Translations under genes and position numbers: made by a program
From: Tubiluchus corallicola
Lineage: Eukaryota > Animalia > Priapulida
DNA length: 64,000 nt
Direction: 5' to 3'
NCBI GenBank assembly: GCA_030141605.1
Contig: JAQGDQ010000012.1
Location: 1,444,359-1,508,358 of the forward strand
In this document: in pieces, positions 56,708 through 64,000 of the stretch
Position numbering within the stretch: the first letter of the stretch is position 1
Layout: each line of letters begins with the position of its first letter
Notes under the pieces: model-generated
Database searches by the model: none
What the model was told of the DNA's origin: nothing
What the model saw: only the letters and a program-made list of their open reading frames with translations

Positions 56708-56845
56708 CTATTGGGTCTGTGCTGCTGTACTTGCTGCCACTTGTTCAGCTATTCGTTGCTGTTCCAAGTTTTTTTCCATGAACAATGCCATTATCTTATG
56801 GTTGATGTTGACATGCTTGGTAGAACACTTAGTAACACACTTCAT
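56708..56845 (-). CDS. TIMM10B: Mitochondrial small Tim chaperone TIMM10B/Tim9b (Fxc1), last coding exon
   Basis: gtttttag acceptor. Translates MKCVTKCSTKHVNINHKIMALFMEKNLEQQRIAEQVAASTAAQTQ*, with the second CX3C plus NHK/RxM and Q-x-R-I-A motifs of Tim10b. Absent from the ORF track. Confidence 0.88.
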   Translation of the reverse strand: MKCVTKCSTKHVNINHKIMALFMEKNLEQQRIAEQVAASTAAQTQ

Positions 56846-56904
56846 CTAAAAACATATAAAGTAGAACCCATAATTAAAGTTAGTGATGCACACTAAAAAT
56901 GTAA

Positions 56905-58105
56905 AAAACGGGGTTAACAAAGACAAAGGCAAATAAGGCAATGGTAGCAAAGACAAACATAAAAAAGCAAGTGATTAAAAGGTAAAAGAAAAAGTCCAAT
57001 ATATAAAATCAAAGGCAATTTATGTAATAAGTAATTTTTAGCAACACAAATAAAAGGTAAAAAGCAAAAGAAAATTAGTCAAATATAAAGCCATAGGAAT
57101 TATTCCGCTTGCAAAACCGAGGCAAAAACTCGGGATAATAAGAAATGAAAACCAACAAAACTGTTTTTAAATCATTATCAAAGAGGAATGGAGGCAGCAA
57201 AGAGACACTTATTTAGTTCTTTTCTATGTTGTTCTTTCCAACCAGTGCTCACCATTTGAAAGAATGAAGCAGTTAAAATAACAAAAATGACTGACTACCT
57301 TGCCAAAGCAGACAATTCACATGAACTTGTATCCTTTTCCGAAAACGGCTAAAATTTACAATTCCCGCACACAAGAAATTAGTTCATGAAGCGGGTTAGG
57401 ATTAGGGTTAGAGTTAGGATTAGGGTCAGGGTTAAGATTAGGATCAGGGTTTGTTTAGGGTTTGATTAGGGTTAGCGTTGGGGTTAGGGACTGCACTTTG
57501 TTAGTAAATTTTGGGAGAAGATCAACAACAGAATTTTAAATACAATGACCAAACAACTTTCTTCTTGATAATTCCAAAGCTCTACTTCATAAATAGATCA
57601 CTCAAATTTCATTGCCCTGACGTATAGATAACAAGTAGGTTAATAAATGGTGTTTTGCCAGGGAATATAATATTGCATTTGTGCATACAATCTTCTTCTA
57701 AAATGTTCAATTCTGTAAACAATAGATAGCAACTACAACTATGACTGGTGCATATTATGTCTAACATGATTGAAAATTCCAGCAAACTTGTGTTAATTTG
57801 AATTCATCTATTTAACTTCATTTTCTAAATCATAATTTCATAGGTATAACAACAGTCCATAGTTCATCAAGTCTAATCTCTTTAATCCTCACCCTTTTAA
57901 TCTTTACTCTTTTATTATTAAAATTCTTTTTATCTATCCAATGCTTTTTTATTTTTGCATTTTTTGCCAATTTCGTTTTTTCCAATAAATTTGTTACCAA
58001 TTATGCTTCACTTTTCTTTATTTATTGCCTTTTACCTGAATTGTTTTTTAACCTTTAGTCTTTTTTGTAATTGACTTTTTGGTCTCTTGCCTTTTCACAT
58101 AACTC
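56905..58105. mobile_element. A-rich/T-rich foldback-like non-autonomous element in the TIMM10B intron, with an internal degenerate (TTAGGG)n array at 57393-57489
   Basis: Left arm of AAAGGCAAA/AAAGGTAAA units is mirrored by TTGCCTTTT/TTTACCT units at 57890-58100. Similar A-rich arms occur at ~32015-32110 and ~46900-47110. Confidence 0.45.
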
Positions 58106-58444
58106 TAAGCAAAAGACACGAAGCAGTTTTTAAGTGCTAGCAAGTTAGGAAAAAAATTCATCCACTGACTAAATCATGCAGTTCTTAGACAAATTTGAAG
58201 TTAAAATAATGCAGAATAAAGCGTCTAAATTACAGATACACATCTGTTGTTTTTCATGATAACCATTAATAGCTCGCCTGTAATTATGGATACACAATAA
58301 TTCATTTGTCAATAATTTAACAATTTATTGTCTCTTATTCTAGCAAAAGCTTTTGCGTCATCACCCTTAGTTTTTGCCAAAAAGGCAAATGTTGTTGTTA
58401 TTATGACATCATCTGCAAATAAGGACAACGAAAATCATATTTAC

Positions 58445-58540
58445 CTCTTCTTCACTAAGGCTTCTGCTGTATAAGTCGCTGACACATGCATCAAAACAAG
58501 CTTGAGTCACTTTATTATACAATGCCAGGAAATCTCTAAA
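58445..58540 (-). CDS. TIMM10B: TIMM10B/Tim9b internal coding exon
   Basis: aatttcag acceptor and GAG|gtaa donor. Translates FRDFLALYNKVTQACFDACVSDLYSRSLSEEE, with the RDFL..YN..T..CF..CV signature (first CX3C). Both ends are phase 0. Confidence 0.92.
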
Positions 58541-58657
58541 CTGAAATTAATGTCATATTTTGACTCATAATTTACAGCAACTTATTAAAAGAATATATAG
58601 ATGCTTTGTATATGTATATATAGAAATGTATATATATATATATATATTGTATACAAA

Positions 58658-58741
58658 TACACACACACGCACGCACGCACATGCACGCACGCACGCACAC
58701 ACACACACACACACACGCCCTCGCACGCACGCACACACACA
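58658..58741. repeat. (CA)n/(CGCA)n microsatellite
   Basis: Direct read. Confidence 0.95.
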
Positions 58742-59240
58742 TATCGTTGACTAATGTCTCTCGCCTGTTCATGAAACAAGAATTATGAAATACAAACTTT
58801 GTTCTTCATTTTTGAAAACTACACTTGCTGCAGCTGTGCCACATCAAGTTTTTTGGATTTGCAATACATTTCGCTATTATTTTGTTTCAACAAAGGATCA
58901 ACATAATACACTACCGATACACTGAATGTACGATATATCGATCACTTGAAGAAACCAGATAGTGCAAGATATAGGCTATACATCGCATCAAACTTCAGAT
59001 CAAAAGACTAGGCCTTTCACCGTAACTGAAGATATTCTACATTATATAACGAGATCATACCATATGTGTTGCTTCATTCACAGTCCACTGTTTACAAACA
59101 ACACATTAGTAAATTATTTATATAAAAATTCTAATTTTGAAAATACTTTTTATGAGGTAATATTTAAAATGACAACAATATTAGTGCGAATCACTTGTGA
59201 AATACATAAAATAAATTGTTACTTGTTTCAGAAGGCTTAC

Positions 59241-59264
59241 ATTGTTTATAACCGGATCACCCAT
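59241..59264 (-). CDS. TIMM10B: Candidate TIMM10B first coding exon (MGDPVINN)
   Basis: ATG...AAT|gtaagc, phase 0, giving MGDPVINN-FRDFL, similar in length to Tim9b N-termini. It lacks the usual RN. An alternative (MRQMYN|gtgaga near 59528) exists, and the true exon may lie beyond the window. Confidence 0.3.
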
Positions 59265-60239
59265 AAAATGGTAACAGGTAAGATCATAGAATATAAAGAA
59301 TCACTTTACTTTGTGCACCTATAAACAGAAAATTGGTTACGTATAACCACAGTCACAAAAATATGCAAAAACTGATATATATTTTTGCATCATGTTCAAA
59401 TGTACAGCAAGTCTCAAATTTTTTTAGCTATAGTTTTACAGCTTTGTTAGAAGCATCAAAAAAGAGGCGGCAGATGTATTTATTGCATTCCAACTTCAAG
59501 ACATTCTCACATTGTACATTTGCCTCATTTCAAAACTTCTTTGTATCCTACACACCAATTTATACAGTTCTTGACTTCCACTAAATCATTTACATCTTAA
59601 TTACATGTGAAACTTTGGGAACTTATGACAGTTTTAAGATAGATTTGTAAGTGCAAGTTAAGGTGAGATTCATCATCCACATTTACATTTGGAATTTCAT
59701 TGAGACTCTTTCTGCTCGCAAAGGTGTCCTCTTCTTCAAACAGAGCTTAAAAAGCTCTAACAGATTTACATTGTCACCACAGAAATTTTAGCTAACTCAA
59801 CCAATTATTAATTAGCACATATACTGGACTAAAGTTTTATTGATTTCATAAGTTTTTAAGGGAAGTACAAAAGTATTAAACTGAGATTTTAATACTTAAT
59901 TGCTGTTAAATACAACTGGTAAATATTTAGGGCTGACAGTTATCCTGTACATTTATTAAATTTGCTAAATGTTTACACGGTGCTTAGTGCTTACAAAAGA
60001 AAACGATTCCGCTTACCCCTGACTAATTATTAAACCTAATATTCAGCTGTGTTACTACTCAAAGGGAATTTTAATGCAAAGATTAGTCAAATTTACCTGA
60101 CATACAATGAAATTATAAATTAATAGTCAGATCAGTAAATCAACCTTTCCGTAAAATTTTAAGGAACCAGTTTTTGGCATCGAGTAGAGCTGAGGTGTTT
60201 CATTTGTGTCCAATATACTTGTAATTTATACTGCATTTG

Positions 60240-63200
60240 CGATTTTAAGCAAAATTTTATCAATTTTTGTGTGATTTTATGGCAAGTGGTACAACTAGAA
60301 GTGGGAAAAGACTACATGAAAACCCTGAGGAAATGGAGACAGGGACATTATCTATGCAACACCAAAGTAAGGCTGAATTTGCTACCTCTTACAAAAACTG
60401 ATTCTCCCAAGTCAGTTCTGTCTGAGCATTCGTCTACTGTAAAAGATTTCGCAGACTTGAAATGAGCATTTTTGATTCGCAGCTGTCTTTGTTAATTACT
60501 ACTGCTACTGTTGTTTAAAAAGAGGTGAAGAAATGGTCATGATACCTTAAGGCGCTTTGCACATTTAGAAACTAGGCTAGATGTGTTGGAAAAATGACCT
60601 TGGCAGGAAATGAAGGCAGATTACTGGATGGCATGGAACCAGTTGAAACCTAAGGAAAAAGAATCAAGCTTTGCACAAGGTAATGAAAATGATTTGACTT
60701 TAAACATAGTTATATGTAATCTGCCGCAGCCTGAGGATGAAAATGTTAGCTACAGTGTTAATAATTTATTTAAGGAAGGGATAAAGTTGAAAGACTGTGT
60801 GTGCAACAGCCAATCGTAAATGCTCATACAACAGTAAGAAGCCAGTTACTATTATTGCTAAACTGAGCACAACAGAGACCAAGAAAGCTGTTATGGACAA
60901 CATATCTGATTTAGCAAAGTCAAAAACGTACAAAACTGTATACATTGATAACAAATCTCGGCAGCAAAGATTACAGGAAGCCAACTTTAAAATGTTACTG
61001 AAAACATTGGGTACAAATTCATTGAGAATGAAGGGTGACAGAATAGTCAAAGCATTGCCATTGGACAGTATTGGCAATGCCTCTGGACACAGTACACATA
61101 GTACAGCTGCAGTTACAGTAGCCAGTTCTAGTGCAACCCTGAGTACAACCAATTTGCAAGGGCAATGCTTCATCGATGGCAGACCTGTTTTGTTACTATG
61201 CTAATTGCAGTACTTTAGTTAATAAGATGGGTTACTGAACATGTCTGCCTAGCATTCACGGAGACATGGTTGAAGTCTGGCACCACTACTGGAATGTTTA
61301 CAAATGGGTGCAATTTCAATGTGTTCAGAAAGGACAGATGTAGAGACACTAGAGGTGGAGGCGTTGCCTTATTTATTAGTTCGTTATTGTCTGCATCTTT
61401 AGTCAAACTGCCTGTGATTTTTGATAATCTTGAAATTTTAGCTGCTGATGATGTGTCCAGTGATTGTCCTTTCCGAATTGTTGTGCTGCATCGCCCTCCT
61501 GACATATACATTGAAGACTCTAAATGCTTATTCAATTGCATAGAGTAAAATGTAAATTTTCCCACAGTTCTTATTTGGGATTTTAATTTACCAGAGTTGA
61601 CCTGGGATGAGTCATGTAGGCCTACTTGTGCAGAGGGTTCAAACTTATATAGTTCCTTTTTAGAAATAGTTGTTCCACAGAGATTTGAACAATTTGTAAC
61701 AACACCAACAAGAGTTGACAGTCTTTCAAGTCGTGCATCATTTTTGGATCTGTGTTTTTGTACAGATGAGGCATTTGTTTATAAATGTTGATGTCATAGA
61801 ACCTATGGTAACTATTGATCACTTGGCAATCTCATTTATGTGCCAAGGCCCTACAAGAGTGAAATCCACCAGTAAATGCTTTAGAAAGGAATATGAAAAT
61901 GCAGACTGGGATAATATGGTTTATGGCCTAAGCTTTATAAACTGGAGCAACACTTTTGTAAGTTGCTATGACGTACATGATTTTTGGAGTACTTTTACAA
62001 ATTATTTTAATCATTGTATTGAGAGTTATGTTTCAACTAAAGTTTTCCATGCAAATTTTAAAGACTCCAAATAAAAAAGTGTTTTTTAAATATGTGCGTA
62101 AGCAAAGGCGTAATTTAGGGCCAAAGGTAATTTAGTTAATGTGATGACATTTCTGAAGCCAAGATTTTAAATGACCATTTTTCCAAAAATTTCACTGTTG
62201 ATGATGGTAATTTATCTGCTATTGAAATGAAGATCACTCCTGATGTAGGTATAGGATTGGTTAATTTCCCCTTTTCATGATTAAAAGAAGTTAGTGTAAA
62301 AAAAAACGAACTCCTGATGAAATCCCTGCTGTATTTTACAAAAAACTTGCCAGTGTATTGTATGTCTCTCTATCAATTAAATTTGAAAAGTCTTTCATTG
62401 GTGGTGTTTTATGAGCAGTATGGAAACCGGCAGATGTAAACCCAATATTCAAGAAAGGCGAGATTTCTGATTAAAACAACTACAGGCCAGTATCACTGAC
62501 TAGTGTAGCATGTAAATTGATAGAGATGGTTATTGCAGAAAATGTCATTCAGTACCCAAGAATGAAATTTTTTTCTCTCGTGAACAACAAGGTTTTCTAA
62601 CCCGCAGGCAAATCAACATGTATACACTTGTTAGAACATTTGTATGACAGTAACCTGGCAGTAGATCTGGGAAAGAATACTGATATTATTTATATAGACT
62701 TTAAAAAGGTCTTCGATACAATTAGTCATACAAAGCTTTTGCACAAATTACAGTATTTTGGTATAATTGGTCTACTGTTACAATGGATTGCTTGTTTTCT
62801 CACATAAAGAAAACAGCATGTTGTTATCAATTGGTAATTCAGTTTCAGATTATGTAACAGTCACCACAAGGAACTATTTTAGGGCCCCATTTTATTTTTA
62901 CTTTTCAACAATGATTTGCCTGAAAAAGTGGGTCTTGTAAATCTTAAGCTTTTTGCTGATCACGTCACGTTGTTTCAACACCTCTGTAGTGATGGGTCGT
63001 GTGATATACAGCGAGCATTAGATAGCATTACTGAATGGGCAGACACGTGGCAATTAAAGTGCAATGCTGTTCACATTGGTAGAAACAATCCTCGTAATAG
63101 CTATTTTGTTTCAGATAATGAAATTGAATCAGTGAATGTTGCGTGTGATCTTGGCATTACCATTTCACTAAACTTAAAATCTAGTGCACATTGTATTGAA

Positions 63201-63400
63201 GTGTGCTTGAAAGCTAACAGAGTAATTAATACGGTTTTTAGAATACTTAGTACAAATAGTAAGGATGTTCTTCTTAAGCATATAAAACATGTAAGACCAA
63301 TCGTTAAATTTATATTGTGCACAACTATGGCATCCATATCAGCTAGGTAACATTGATATTATAGAGAGCATTCAAAGATATTTTACTCATACTCTTTTTA
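60240..63400 (+). mobile_element. Decayed near-full-length CR1/Jockey-group LINE (ORF1, AP-endonuclease, RT)
   Basis: ORF1-like NIVICNLPQ...KTVYIDN. Endonuclease motifs TETWL, FRKDR..RGGGVALF, HRPP, DFNLP, PTR, LDL, DH. RT motifs PIFKKG, NYRPVSLTSVACK, YIDFKKVFDTISH, QGTILGPILFLLF, LFAD. Many stops and frameshifts. Confidence 0.9.
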
Positions 63401-63479
63401 GATGCGGCACGGCTCATACCTCATACCCCGGCAACCTAAGTTTTAAATTTAAAGTCATTAGAAGACAAATTCAAAATGA

Positions 63480-63936
63480 CCTATGTATGTTCTTAGTGAA
63501 ATTATGAAACATGATTACAGCAGAGTCAGAATGCTGTTTCTCAACAATGAGAAGAATAAAAACTTTTCTAAAGAGCACTATGAGTCCTAAAAGACTAAAT
63601 GCACTTGCAGTGCTTTCAATTGAAAAAAAATTCCTCAATAGCCATCCAGATATCAAAGAGAAAATTATTAATCTTTTTACGTAAAGTAAAGCAAGAGGGA
63701 TTCCATTTTTAAATGAATGTTTCAAACTTGACTTGCGACAATTTAGGATATTAGTAAGTAAAGAATATTTTTTGTTTAAGATTTTTTCAAGTTTATGTAT
63801 AAATTTTCATATTTCTTCAAAATTACAATTACAACATTAAAATTACATATTTGTTTCGTTTTACACAGTACTAAAACAATGGCCAAAAATTTTCTGAAAC
63901 AGCACCCCCCTAATTTTAGCTACGAGCCGCCTCATG
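63480..63936 (+). mobile_element. 3' fragment of a hAT transposon (C-terminal dimerisation domain and probable right terminus)
   Basis: 63511-63684 translates MITAESECCFSTMRRIKTFLKSTMSPKRLNALAVLSIEKK..., matching the hATC ER.FS..RIKT.LR.TM..RL..LA.LSIE pattern. Degenerate GAGCCGCC terminus near 63930. Confidence 0.75.
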
Positions 63937-64000
63937 TTTATCCGAAGTACCTGCCGCCCTATGCATCACTCACTCTCACACATTCACTTGTCGACGTCTA

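Noticed and set aside
56680-56710. Stop-codon readthrough from TIMM10B into DCP2
   Set aside because: A second in-frame stop (TAA) follows eight codons after the TAG.
58780-59800. Coding-looking minus-strand fragments upstream of TIMM10B (possible third cistron)
   Set aside because: Frames are broken by frequent stops and no family motif was recognisable; a translated homology search would be needed.

Overview
AT-rich, intron-containing animal (invertebrate bilaterian, probably protostome) genomic DNA with one assembly gap (32297-32842). Spliced models read by hand give five protein-coding genes. (1) The 3' part of a single-pass Ig-superfamily membrane protein (+, 1105-8338). (2) An intronless peripherin-2/ROM1-like tetraspanin (+, 14614-15867). 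(3) The ParaHox gene caudal/Cdx (-, 42213-22473, three coding exons, 17.8-kb first intron). (4) A small mitochondrial chaperone TIMM10B/Tim9b (-, exons 58540-58445 and 56845-56708), which the ORF track misses. (5) The decapping enzyme DCP2 (-, 56491-54840). The most notable arrangement is TIMM10B ending only 216 nt before the DCP2 start codon on the same strand, with an AG acceptor 1 nt before that ATG and little room for a separate promoter: a candidate dicistronic/operon-like or shared-promoter unit. Cdx has no Xlox/Gsx neighbour in the window and carries candidate autoregulatory and Wnt enhancers plus upstream ORFs. The rest is decayed LINEs (CR1-, RTE-, Rex1-like), DNA-transposon remnants (Tc1/IS630, hAT, MITEs), a SINE-like element and microsatellites. 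All calls are by eye, without database searches.
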